Below are positions 1 through 12,303 of a DNA stretch of 64,000 nt, in pieces. Under the pieces are notes generated by a model. The model was not told the origin of the DNA. It did not search any database and was given only the letters and a program-made list of their open reading frames with translations. Position numbers and translations under genes: made by a program. Position 1 is the first letter of the stretch. Each line of letters starts with the position of its first letter. The stretch comes from Spongospora subterranea f. sp. subterranea (Eukaryota), in NCBI GenBank assembly GCA_049724395.1, contig JAUGWO010000007.1:124001-188000 (forward strand). Reading direction: 5' to 3'.

Positions 1-303
1 CCTTGCGCAACCTAAGGGAATCAGGCAAGTCTACACCAATTCTCATACTCCCAAGCAGAATGAGCGAGCTAAGTCACACGTCTCGCATTACCTGTATTCA
101 CAAACTGTCATTTCGACAGTTGAATTCTTATAGGAAATTGCTGTACGGTACCTTGGTTTATATTCTCAACATCAGACTGATATTGTGTTGAAATTAACCG
201 ATGATTACCGATGCTTACTAGAAGAGGAACACTTTATTCGTGAGAGAACATGAAATTGCGAATGTTCAACTCTGCAAAAAGTGAACTACACGCCAAATAT
301 AGA

Positions 304-375
304 GGAGGATTGGCCTAGGGGCAGGGCGTGGGATTCCAGACCCCAAGATCGGCGGTTCGAATCCGTCATCCTTCA
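304..375 (+). tRNA. trnW-CCA: tRNA-Trp (anticodon CCA)
   Basis: Cloverleaf: acceptor GGAGGAT/ATCCTTC+A, D arm GCCT/GGGC, anticodon loop TT-CCA-GA, T arm GGCGG-TTCGAAT-CCGTC. A T9 Pol III terminator follows. Confidence 0.93.
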
Positions 376-689
376 CTTTTTTTTACCACGAAAGATCTCA
401 TCGTGGACGTCAAAGGCGTGGGATCTTTGGACAGTATAAAATCCTACAGCTGCGGAAACGGATTTTCTGAAATGGAACCAGGTTCTACAGAGACATGCAG
501 TATTATGGAAGAATTAGTATGGCATGAACGCAATCCTCTTCCTTACGGTGATGGTTTGCGACTTTCCAATGGTATGGTAAGATTCTGTACATTCCCCCTT
601 TTGAAAATCTCGTATGCTGGCAAGTGATATTAGGTCGGGGTGTTTGAGCAGGATAGGGACATCCACGATCTGGTTGAGAGCGTTGATGT

Positions 690-3600
690 CGATGACGAAA
701 TATACCTTCACTGATAGGCTACCCTTCGTTTTCAATAATGACCCAGCGGAGGCTGTTCTCTCGGAAGGTGCCAGAAATTCAGGCTAAAAGCTTGTGACGC
801 TGTTCCACTACTTGCAGATCGCAGTCCGCTGGTGGAACTTGAGTAAGTACTGTTGACCAACATTCTTGCGATGCGCCTGAGAACAGACAAGCTAGCCAAT
901 CGTCTTTCGGTGTGCAAGACGTTCAAATTTGATACTTGTTCCTTGCTATTTTGAAAACTTTCAACATGAGTCATTCCCCATTGCTCAGAAGGACTCGTCG
1001 ACGAGCTGATTTCTTACAGCTCACAACAACACGAGTTGCGGCTAACAACAGCTCCTGAAGTGGATCCATAAGTTGAGCGCACTGGGAACGTTTCGGCGGT
1101 TCCAGTTCAATGCGCAAACGAATTGTTGGAGATCGACAGCTCGAACTTGGTGGTGCCATTGAACAAACCCCTGAATGAAAGAGTGACTCCTTGTGGTGTT
1201 ATACTATGCCCTGTCCCATTTGTATAAAGATTTCAAACGATCTGGATTACACTTAATATCAGCCGTCGCCATAGCTTAGAGTTGTTTCTTCACCACCGTC
1301 ATATGGTGCAATGGGGAGTCTTTTATGGCATAATTCAGAACATCATTGAGCCATAACAGAGCGCAGACCTAAAGCAAGTTCTGTAGAACTTCTTGCATCC
1401 ACGCTTGAAATGCCGCCAATGAGTACGATCCCCTGGATCAGTCATCGTGGTGTAAAACCAGCTTCGTGCAATGAACACGCTTGTTATGATTTGGGGTAAA
1501 ATGGGAACTGCCAATATCTCTTTCAAACAGTCTAAAAGAATATATGACGACCCGTTACGAAGGTATCCGAGGAGTATGTTTATATGCGGCATCGGCCATA
1601 CGATGGGTTCGATCGACTTGTTAATTGCAACATTATCGACTGTCCATTCTGTATCCTCTCTTTTCCTGGTTTGGGTTTAAACTAACGCGGCTGATGCATC
1701 TCGACTGCGAGGGTGTCTGTAGACGTAATTCTCCTTCTCCAATGTCTGTGTGTGTGTTCATGTAAAAATGTTTGGTATGGAACGGGATAGCGTCGCGTTT
1801 ACAGGGGTGGTGCATTGCGTCAGGTTTACGGTGTGGGCATTGTGGTGTGACTTTTGCTGGAGGATCATTTTCAAGGCTGGCTCGCCAAAATATCGAAACT
1901 GAACACCATCTGTAGTACCAAGCTTTGTCGTGCATGGGATTCCCCTTTAAATGTCCCTATTTACCATATTGTCGATTGCCTTTTGGTGTTGAGATTGTCA
2001 TCGTTCCCGATTCGTATTCAAATCCGGATTCTGGGTCGTCATTGGTTGAGACAGATTTGCAGTATTATTTGGGCATTCCTTGACGCAATTCCGAATGTGT
2101 CACTTCTAATGAAGCTTCGAATTCAACCGATCGGAATCTGGCTTTTTTTTGCTTTCGTGATTAGTGTGAAATCCAGACGGACGATTTATCGAATAGTTGC
2201 GAAGTTCTTGGTAGTCCCCAACTTGGCTTTTAACGGCTGGTTTAGCGTCTCAGTTAGCACAGGTCCATGATCAATTAGTTCTGTCAACATGCGTCGTGAA
2301 ATCGTCGCCATCGTCCCAGTTCCAGCGGTAGACTTACGCGATTCTGTATCAGGACTCGTTGCTATCAGACGTTTTGATCGGCGCTTGGCGGTTGTTCAAC
2401 TCAACAAACGCGATTTTACGGTCAGCGGGAGTATTATTCAGTACAGATTTGCACCCAGTGGTCCCCTCCACATTACGTCCACCATCAGGTGGTTTCCTAT
2501 TCCACACTCACTTTTCCATAGTTGCGGTTGGAATTCCCGTACCTTTGTTGGAATTCTTGGTAGCGCGTGCTTGTTGCTGTGTCGTATCGGCGGCGGGTGT
2601 AATGCGCTGTTGGTTAGAGGTCTAGCATTGCCATGGAACACCTTCCGTTGTTCGGATGATTTGCTGGTGTAATTTCCACATTATCTTTGTTCCGGGGTTT
2701 GTCAGTTAGCAAATGAACTTCATGTTGCTGTTTGGCTTTTTGTGAAAGTAACTCAAAAATATCGCTTCATCGGGTTCTGCTGATTGTTCCTCTCCAAAAT
2801 TTGATTGCGTGTTCGACCATATCGTGTCGAGTGGCGGGTCAGCTCCCGCTCGAGGGTACTTGATCCTTTTCTTTATCCTTCCTTGAAAATATGCTGAAGG
2901 CCAATATCCTCTGATGTCATCGAATTTGGCGACGCACGCCAGCACTCGTTCGGCCGGGCGCTTTCTCGTCAGGCAAATTACAATTTGTTTTCTTGATCGC
3001 CTTGTCAATGTCTTGGGGACATAGCTTCGTAGTCTGCTCTTGGAGAACTGTTAGATATGTAGCCGTCCAAATCGGTATCCATAAATGGCATTGATGGCGT
3101 TTTGAGTATATAATTTTCAATGCTTTGAACTTGCTGAGATCGAAACAGCTTTTAAGGGATACCGCATTCACATCGTCACCCAGGATCTCTTTTCTTTCCT
3201 TTATCAGTGAGAGGTAAACTTCCCGTTCTCGACGGAAAACAGCAATTGAATCAAACTGTTTTATAACTGTTGGCAGCAGGGAAAAAGGAGCGATGTTCTC
3301 CCTACTGTGATCTGTTCATTAATTGGTGCCTGGTCATATGGTCCTGGCATGTTTGTCAAGCTTCTTGTTGCATTATGGTTTGCGACGGTTATCGCGACAC
3401 TTGTTCGTCTTTTGGTTCAGTTAGTTCTTCTGGTGGTGGTTGCCGGCCAGGTGGTTTCGCTAAAAATCGTTTTATGCAGGGGCCACAGGCGTTGGTTGAC
3501 GCTAGGAACCAGAAGCGCTGTTTAATTAGGTCAATCGAGATTTTATAAACACGATCCCGATTGGTATTGTACAGTTAAGGCGATTGTTTAGGACGGAGAA

Positions 3601-3700
3601 GATAATGTACAGGCCGAGAAGTCTTGTTGCAAGTCCAAGGTATAAAACACCACGAGCGTGTGCAAGGAGACTCATCGCGATGTCACTCAGAGTGCGGTTG
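690..3700 (-). mobile_element. Degenerate Ty3/gypsy LTR retrotransposon relic (gag zinc knuckle, RT, RNase H), many frameshifts and stops
   Basis: Minus-strand frames stitched across frameshifts give a CCHC-like 'CGGDHWVQIC' (~2440-2475) and RT segments 'WRASLENDPPAKV..KPDA', 'RMTVDNVAINKSIEPIVWPMP', 'LDCLK.YWQFP'. They also give the connection segment 'LQQFVCALNW' and RNase H 'SGASQECWSTVLTQVPP..EQRHKLLA.ISGTF'. No LTRs were identified and the ends are approximate. Confidence 0.8.
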
Positions 3701-4483
3701 AGCTTTTCTTGTTCGATAGAAATCTCTTGTGAGATGATCCATCTACCTGGCTAATTTGAAATCTTATCCCGCCATTGTTTGTATACTTGCATTTGAATTG
3801 TGTGAAAAATAACATCAATGTTTGGAACGGATGAGACTTTTTCTTCAAAGGAATTACAAAACAAGGTTTGGAGGATAAAGGAGCTTGTATTCTGTTTCTG
3901 TTTATTCTAAGTCTAAAATCTGTATGATGTGTTTTTCAATGGACGAAAACACGATCTTGGATGAAAACGCAAGAATATATTTTCAGTGTTGCAAGGTCCA
4001 GGTGATTTGGAAGATGATGTCGGAATCAGGGAACCTGGTCAATGGTGAAAAAACACAGTTATGACCGATCACACTCAAATTTGTTGACGTTCCTTCAATT
4101 TCTACAAGTGCTCGAGAATACAGGGAGTATCAAAGTTGGTCGCGGAGGTCGATTTTACAGTTTCCGCAACGGCAAATCTTGTTTTTTTGCCGTATAAAAC
4201 CCGAGCGCTGGTGCACAATTGGCCAATATAATCGGGTTGACGCCGTTGAACGCCAGTCAAGTTTCACTGGTGCTGTAACGAAATGGGCATATCTGACACA
4301 AATATCAGGTGGAGGAAACCTGGTCATCATCGACTAGGGTTGGCTTGACTCTGTAGTTTTGTGTGGATGATTCACGCGTGAGGTGGCAATTTCGCACCCG
4401 GGCTGTGCTGTGCTTGGTCTTGGTAGGCTGTACAGTATTTACCAATCAGATTCGTTGGAACCGATCAGTGTTGTTTCTCGTCA

Positions 4484-5242
4484 GTGCACAATCTGTTGCT
4501 GACACATTCACGCGTCATGTCACTTCATGAGCTTATTCAGCATGTTAAGCGGATTCGTTGCCGGCCGTCATCATTGCATGTGACACTGGTTTCAAATCGT
4601 GCCACGTTGCTAGGTGAGAATGGATATTCCACTATTAAAATCAAAAAAGCCTCGCCATCGAATCCAGTAGATCGAGATATGTTGCATATCGCTCGGGCGC
4701 TATCAACTTCGATCATTACGACAGCGGCCAATCTTCGAGATGAACCGAAAATGACAACGAGTCTGGGGAATTGGTCGCAACTCTGCCATAGCAATCCTCC
4801 AACAACCATCGTACTGACTCGAGGCGGTCATATTCCTCTTCATCATCCATTGTTTTATAATGCCCCCGGTCCGGTTCAAATATTGTTTACGGGAAATGGC
4901 CCTCCACCGGTTTTGCCCTCAGAGTTGATCAATCGGGGCGTTATTGTGAACGCAAGGCCTGGTTTGAATGCGTCCGAGATTATCAAAGACCTAAAAGAAG
5001 ACGGAAACCGTGTGACCATAGAAGCTGGCCCTTCAAGTACAAATTTATTGTATGAGGCAGACGCTATCGACGCCTTGCTATTGTCCACATTCTTTGGGAA
5101 AATCGACTGCTGCTATATTGGTGGTGAGACAAATCTCAAACCGTTTATTGCAAATAGATTTACCGAAATCTGGTCGTATAGGCCTGAATACGACTGGAAA
5201 TTTGGTCTTTATATAAAACGAAATTCACAGATTTTATCTTGA
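4484..5242 (+). CDS. RibD C-terminal (DHFR-fold) reductase-like protein
   Basis: 252-aa uninterrupted ORF with 'DRDMLHIARA..IITTAANLRDEP', 'IVLTRGG.IP' and 'VTIEAGP' motifs typical of RibD_C. The true start is uncertain (ATG at 4517 or an upstream exon). Confidence 0.65.
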   Translation: MHNLLLTHSRVMSLHELIQHVKRIRCRPSSLHVTLVSNRATLLGENGYSTIKIKKASPSNPVDRDMLHIARALSTSIITTAANLRDEPKMTTSLGNWSQLCHSNPPTTIVLTRGGHIPLHHPLFYNAPGPVQILFTGNGPPPVLPSELINRGVIVNARPGLNASEIIKDLKEDGNRVTIEAGPSSTNLLYEADAIDALLLSTFFGKIDCCYIGGETNLKPFIANRFTEIWSYRPEYDWKFGLYIKRNSQILS

Positions 5243-5339
5243 AACACTATATCGTTTATTACCTCTGTGCCAACGTACTGATATCCGAATGATAAACTTA
5301 TGCGCTGGAGAGCGTTTTCGTTTAGCGTATTACAAAATA

Positions 5340-6472
5340 TTACTGGCCTCCATCTAAAAGAATATTGCTTGCCCGGTCAACGTCATTGAACGCTTCAGCA
5401 AGCGCTCGTCTTACGGCCTGCAATAAACAATTACCTTCTCAGCCACAGCCGTAAAGAAAAACACTAATAACTGACGTCTTCGCTGAACCCCATGCCAATT
5501 AGTGACGTGACATCATTCTCGTTCGGTGGTAAACCAATGGCGGATGGTGCCTCCTGACCAGCTACAGCACCGAGAGGGTTATGCTGACGATTTACACCTC
5601 TTGCGCTACTTGTCGATAGGATTGGGCCAACAACTCGGTCTATGTTTTGCGAAATACCCATAGGGATCCGAAACGAATTAAAGGGAGACGTTTCAGGAAT
5701 ATGCAGCAGTCCCGAAAAAACCCCCAAGGCCGCCGCGACGATCGATTGATACTGAGGAAGACTGGATAGGGCCAACTTTCACCAGGGATCAACAAACACT
5801 GTGGCTGCAAAACAAACCGCTGACAAACCTGGGCGGCAAGAAGATACATTATAAACTTCTCCCCAAAAGCAACACCTGCGATCTTGATGACGGATATTGA
5901 TGGAATCAGAGCAAAAAAGTACACAAAAAGACCGAATATGATAGGGTAAGGTCCAGACGACGCCACGGGAGCTCCTTTCATACAAGCCGAGATAATCCGA
6001 GCTGTAAAAGAGTCGAACTTGTCATAAAGAAAACCAATGCCGACTATCATTCTGGATCAGCGTCGGGAAATGCGATATTGTCAACCAAATTGTACTGACC
6101 GCAAATTTTCTAGAACCAAAGATCCTTTCGAAAGTTCGAAAAGCATATAAGATTATTCCTCCAAAAAACAGTTCAGGGGGTGAAGAGAACACAAAATTAC
6201 ACGTGATCAGTCGCCAGATCTGACGATATCAAATTACATTGCAACGAAAATCAAACACGCGTCAATCGAACTTGACTTAGATTGTTCCACGAGACGGATC
6301 GGCTGGTCCTGTCGCGAGACATGCCGAGAAGCAGTGATAGAATCAACACAGCGATGATGGTCGCCTTCGACACTGGGGTTCTGGCTGTGCAGCATATCGT
6401 CAGCACGGAACCAGGGAGACGGATGCGACCGACACTGGCCATACCGAATCCAGAAACGCCAAACCCGATCAT
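5340..6472 (-). CDS. UBAC2/Dsc2-like rhomboid pseudoprotease with C-terminal UBA domain (multi-exon)
   Basis: Exons encode 'PVSKATII', 'QIWRLIT', 'FRTFERIFGSRKF', 'SSGPYPIIFGLF' and a UBA-like end 'LIGMGFSE..AVRRALAEAFNDVDRASNILL'. Confidence 0.8.
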
Positions 6473-6773
6473 GCTAATGGCGATCCCTGACCGATTATGT
6501 AATTTCAGAATCCGCGCAGGAAAATCAACACTGTATAACCAATTACTCACAACCAATAAGGATCGTCACTATTGTAGACTGCCTCGGAGATCAGGAAATT
6601 TCCAAAACAAACTGACATAGGTTGAACATTTCTAACAATGTTGAAAATCCGGTCAAATCAACATCGAAAAAATTGTCCGTATTGCAAAAGAATACTCGGA
6701 ACTGTTATGAGAAACTGGGGCGTCGCGCTGAGAATTGCTGTTCTATGTTCAGAGTTTTATGCAGATTTGCTTT

Positions 6774-7447
6774 CTAAAGGTAACTTGACATCCATTTGAA
6801 TCCTTGACTGTACCCGGAACGGCGGACGACGGCGCACATGAATAGTTCAATGGGACGAATACCATGTCCAGGGCGGCCATCCTTGCCTGTCGTCACATTG
6901 TGCAGTCCAAGAGAAGAACGGAGTTCGTCTTCGCTAGCCGCACCAGCAACATCGATTTTGTTTCCTAGGACGAGGAAGGGGACCATTTCCAGAGCCGAAT
7001 CAGCGAGTAGTTTTTGCAGCTCTGTTTGCGCCTCGGGAAATCGCGCTCTGTCAGATGCATCTACCATATAAACAATGCCATCGACATTGGAAAAATAGTC
7101 GTGCCATAGGGTTCGAGCGACAGCATGACCTCCCATATCAAAGGTTTTGAAACGAACATTTCCAATCTGGAGAAAGAGCTTGGGCAAACAATAAACAACT
7201 TTGTTTGAATGAAACATACTTGGATTTCTTCGCCTTGAGGGTGTCTGGTGGGTTCAAGGGATGCTACCTATTTCACGGAATTCAATAAATCACCTCTGGC
7301 GAAAAACGGAATATCCCTAACTTTGTTCGATGACAGCACATGTGTCAAAGTCGTCTTCCCTGCATTATCTAAGCCCAGAAAGAGAATGCGTGCCTTCTTG
7401 TTGTACAGCCCTAGCGAGCCGAGAACATCGAAGAACCAATTGAACAT
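6774..7447 (-). CDS. SAR1: COPII small GTPase Sar1 (3 exons)
   Basis: '[34 protein letters not shown]', 'FDMGGH', 'LGNKID' and 'RPIELFMC...GFKWMSSYL'. Confidence 0.96.
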
Positions 7448-7626
7448 CACCGCTCGGCAGGGAACCGGACGAGGTGTGAAATGACGTGCGCGGCGGATCC
7501 GACAACAGCGAGATGAAGGAACAAGCACCGGCTAGAAAGGCGCCTAGGGGTAGTGAACCTGTATGGGGGCTGCTGCCACCCAAGGGTTATAATGGACACT
7601 GTACAGTTATATTACAGTGAGGGTCG

Positions 7627-7672
7627 TGTACAGTGTACACTTACTAGTGTACACTTACTAGTGTACACTGTA
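7627..7672. repeat. Short tandem repeat of palindromic AGTGTACACT (14-bp period), upstream of SAR1
   Basis: The sequence agtgtacacttact-agtgtacacttact-agtgtacact is seen directly. Confidence 0.8.
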
Positions 7673-8191
7673 CGGACCAGATATGAGTGGTAGAGGACTC
7701 GGATCTGTGAGTGGTTGGGGAATCGGGTAGATCCCGTGAGGTCTCTCGTGTATTGACAGTATTAGGATTTCATTTGACTCGGGAAAATCAGGAATCTGTT
7801 TGTGTCGGCCTGACGATGAGCTGTCCTCTCTCGAGTTTGCCCAACAACCACTCATCTTGATCTGATAACAGTCGCACCAGAGTTTCCTGGGCTTTACGTA
7901 CGAATGTCCACTTGATGTGTTTGACGTCCCCCCCCCCCCCTTCTGGCTTCATTGCCAGCAGATTAAATAACTCAGTATACCTCGTAATCATCGATAAAAC
8001 GCCACAGAATTGCACCCAAATTTTCAATCACCTTTGCCAGTCTGGAAACACGAGTTAAACGGAAAGTTTGAATGGCGCTTAATCAATCTATTGTGATGAA
8101 CTTCCGTTGGAACTTTACGCAAATTGACGTCACCGCTTAGTGAACCCAATTATTCATCAATCACCGGATTCATAACCGTAATTCTACTGCC

Positions 8192-11100
8192 ATGCTGTCT
8201 AGCAAAATTCGACATCCGCCGGCCCCCGATGTGATTGCCGACCGAGCGGATTCGGTATCGGAGGAGGAAGGGGGCTCCACCTACGTCGTGGACTTTTGTG
8301 GGAAACCCGGCAAGGATGGCGCCCAGGGCGCCGATGGTCATATTTACACGACGTGGCCGTTTAACATTGGCCTAGCTAAGACATTGATTAGGTTTGAATC
8401 CATCAGATCCAGATGGAAGACCTGGAGAGGACGGGGAAGACGCTAGCCCTGCTCAAGATTGCGTCATATTGCTGAACAAAATCCGTTCGTCGCCAGGTGA
8501 AATCGGTTGGCAACCCTCTGTTCGGCAGGATCGTTTGCAATTTTGAACTTGATCAACAGAAGGGTCCGTTATGAAGACATTGGAGTTTTTCGCTCAAGGG
8601 GAGTCGCGAGAGCATCCTCTCAGCGAACATGAAGTTGTGTATGTCGATGCCAAAGGAGCGAAAGGCGGCAATGGCGGCCAAGGTAATTTGACTGCCTCCC
8701 TATACGATATAAGTTGGTTTGATGGGCCCGAACGCACAGGTGGAAATGGTTTACAGGGCAAGATCGGCGAGCCCGGTGATGTTGGCCGACCTGGACACCC
8801 AGGAGAAGAAGGGGGTGTTGGCGGAGACGGTGAGAACGGAGGGCGAGGTGGTAATGGTGGTAATGGTGGCAATGCGGGCCGGGCAAGGTTATGATCCACC
8901 GATGGCTGATCTTAAAACATGACTCCTGATCATCCTCAATTTAGCTGTGGTGGCAATGTCACTATACAAGCGTTTGATCCCACCCTATTTGGGTTGGTGG
9001 AAGTTAATGCTCGTGGAGGAGCAGGTTCAGAGGGAGGTCTCCCTGGTACACCTGGACAAGGTGTTGCTCATCAGTGCCCGGTGGCAGTTTCACTGACCTA
9101 TCTGCTGTGGCGTCAGGTGGGAAAGGCGGACGAGGTGGAAGTGGTGGAAGAAGTGGAGTTGTTGCGAGAAGATCATTGTGGTGTGGTGGAGCAGTAGCCG
9201 AGCGAGGCTCCCGTGGCCACGATGGTCTTGATGGCGAAGACGGTGTGGCTGGGTTTCCTGGCAAATCAAGCCATCATGCACCATCTCATGGGGTTCGTTT
9301 TCAACACATTACTGGTGTACCAGAAAGATTTGATGTTGTACGGGAAGGCAAAGATCGTTTCCAACCTCAAATCTACGAATTCACTGTAATTTTGACCTTA
9401 TTTTCGGTTTCTTGATAGCCGAGTTGATTTTTGTGCCCCCAGTTGTGCGACCCTGACGAGGATGGTATATTTACTCCAGAATCCTACGCCATTGTAAAAG
9501 ATATATTGGTCGCGAACGTCGGTGGTATGCCGAGTCCAGAAGGACTTCAGCTGTGGACCCATGTCTCGATCGAAGACAAATCCGAGCAGGCTCCGGCCAA
9601 GTTGGAAGCTACGTTCGTCGGTGCAAAAGGCGGAGGAAGCAAAGAACGAGCTAAGCACGATGTACCGGTTATTAAAGTATGATGATTGACGATATTGACA
9701 AACTGTTTGTCAAGTGCGATGTGTTGTTTAGGCCGAGCATATCCATATTCCTGAAATACAACCTGGAGAGTGTCGCCTGATCCCTGGCCAACTCAGAATC
9801 CAGTTGCCCCCGATGCGAGATGTGATCCGGAATGAGGTGTATTTCAGCGATGTCGCTGTATCAATAGGTGTCGATGTGTTAGGTCAGCTGAGATTCCCAC
9901 GTAAACCGAGGTTCCGTGTTTGAGAATAATGTTGGTCTTCGCAGGTAGATGCCTTCCTGGCAGCGAATTGAAACAGACTGTAGCGATGAGATGGCCTGTC
10001 GAGATTGACAACGTAGTCGCTCCAAAGTTTGCGATTTGCGATCATATTGCCCAGCTCCAAGTTTCTATCCGCAACTACAGCAATAAGCCATATGGCGCTG
10101 GAACCGACAGGTTTTAGACACCGGTTGATCACTGCCGAGCTGATTCACATACCCCTTTATAGTGGATCGCTGAGGTTGGACGTCAGATCCCTCAATCCGG
10201 CCGCTATTGCCGTCAATGGAAAGGAGTTCGACTCATCGGACATTGAAGACCTTCCTGGGCACCGCACCCATACGATCAACATCGATATATCAACGCTTCC
10301 CGATTCCCACACTTTGATATTGACGGATGCCGTTTTGGTTTATGAGCTGTTTTTCAATGACCGCATGATTGCGCAACACGATCTTACAACAAAGGTCCTT
10401 CCGGCGATGTCGGAGCAGTTCACAGATGTGGCGCTGGTCGTTCATCCCGAGTAACTGATTTGTTGATGATGAAGAAATCGCTGTCGGAACATGAGTGTTT
10501 GTGGATAGAATGGATTTGGCAGATCTGTACGCCTGGCGTCTTCTCTGTGCCAGCCTATCGTTGAGTGTGAATCTGTGGAGTGTTGAGCTTTATGGGCATC
10601 TGTTAGGGCAGGTCAATATTGGATGGGGGAATAAGTGTCAAGCGCTTATTGTCCCAACTCCAGTCCCGTTGCCCAACATTGTCAGCCAGGATGATCTTCT
10701 CGACATGGCCAAGGCCAATCGCTCCTTCATAGCGGTTGGCGATATCCCGGGTCAATACTGTCTGGGTAATCGTTCGACCGTCCGATATTGTCATCCCTCT
10801 CGTTAATTCATCACGGTCAGATCATGCACTTTTGAACTATAACCCCGTCCTCAGGGAAGCCGGCGCAGATTATTTCAACGGTTATCCTGCCGGATTAGAG
10901 AGGTTAAACAGTAATCGTCAGATTGGTCGTCAAGTTGAAAGGTTAACGCGCTCTTGTTCGCATTTACGAATCTTAATCACGACCTTCCAGGATTCGAGCA
11001 AAGTTTGATGCGCAGTTGCCAACATGTCTCCATGTAGCGGCTGTGCAGACATTTCCAAACCATCCTGTATTGCTAGAACGCCAACGTAGGTGGTTCGCTG

Positions 11101-12290
11101 TTTGTAGGCAGCGTTTTCGACTGATTCGTTAGAAAGAGGGGATCCTTAGCATTTATCAAGCGATGGTGCCAAGATCAGCTCAGTTTTACGCCATTCATAC
11201 CGAAGGCAAACTACTGTCTAGTCTGCTAGGTCAACGCAAACATGTCGAAATACCGAGTTAGTTTATTGGGTTTTGCTGAGATCACAGCACCTGAGGTGTG
11301 ATTTCTTGTGTAGATATCGGAACCCTTGACCAAAAATGGTGTCGAACCCCAATGGAATTCGAGATTGTCGTGGAGCTGTTCTCCCACTTGGGTTCCATCG
11401 TGTTCGCTATACTGCAGGTGCGTTCGAGGAATATTGATTCATTGCGAGCAGTGTTCTGAGCCCTGAATACCGTGTAGACCATCGACATTGATAAACTATC
11501 GCATCTGGCAATGCGAGCGTTTCGCCCTTTACGATGGGAAGCGAATGGAGTTCCCATTCCGGCAGAGCACGTCATATATGCTGTTTTGAGCAACAGAATG
11601 GCAAGGGAATGGGACTGGGGCAGGTTTGACTATGAGGTTTTAAACATTATTTCAGTTCGCTAATTTGATGCTGTAGTTGGGAGTTCCCCTTAGCCCTTAG
11701 TCTTGAATCCCAAGTTCGCGATCGCCCTCTAGAAGTCCCATCTTTACGTAAGCTTCTGATCTTTCCTTTTTAGTCATCGACTTAATTATTGCGAGCAGTA
11801 TTTGCTTCAGTTTTGAAGAACGCGCTCACTAAGATTCGTGTTCCTTTTGTGGAAAAATTAATTCCCAGCAAGACGAAACATCGCTATGCAGTTTTGAAAG
11901 ATATCTATGAGCGAATGCTTGAATCAATGTTGAAAGCGGTAATGTGTCGAGTTTCGATGTCCTTTTTTGAGGGTCCTAAACCGTGATTATAGTCAGACAC
12001 GGATCATCAAGACGTTGATCGAGAGGTGATGGGGTTTCTGAACAAAACCGAGCTGGTTCACGGTTGGCCGTCTGCTGATATATCAAGCGTTACGGATCGG
12101 TCTCAAGACGTTGTCCTTTTCGATGATGACCTGCTCAAGCTCGTTCGGGATCGCGAACTATCAAGGGCTGGCATTCGTCGAAGTCTGAAGTTAGCGGACG
12201 TGTTTAATCCAGGGACGCAAACTTGGCAAGCTCCAGATTGTCGGTGCTTTGGAAACAGGTTCTGCTCATGTCGCACTAATCTCTCGTTGC
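8192..12290 (+). CDS. Large uncharacterised multi-exon protein with N-terminal Gly-rich (GxxGxxG, collagen-like) repeats
   Basis: Successive + strand ORF fragments are joined by short GT-AG introns. They contain Gly-rich tracts (GNGLQGKIGEPGDVGRPGHPG, GGNGGNGGN) followed by 'DEDGIFTPE..VANVGGMPSP'. The 3' end is unclear. Confidence 0.65.
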
Positions 12291-12303
12291 AGTTATCAAG
12301 AAA

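Noticed and set aside
3762..3785. Possible primer-binding site and LTR edge of the gypsy relic
   Set aside because: No second LTR or convincing tRNA complement was found.
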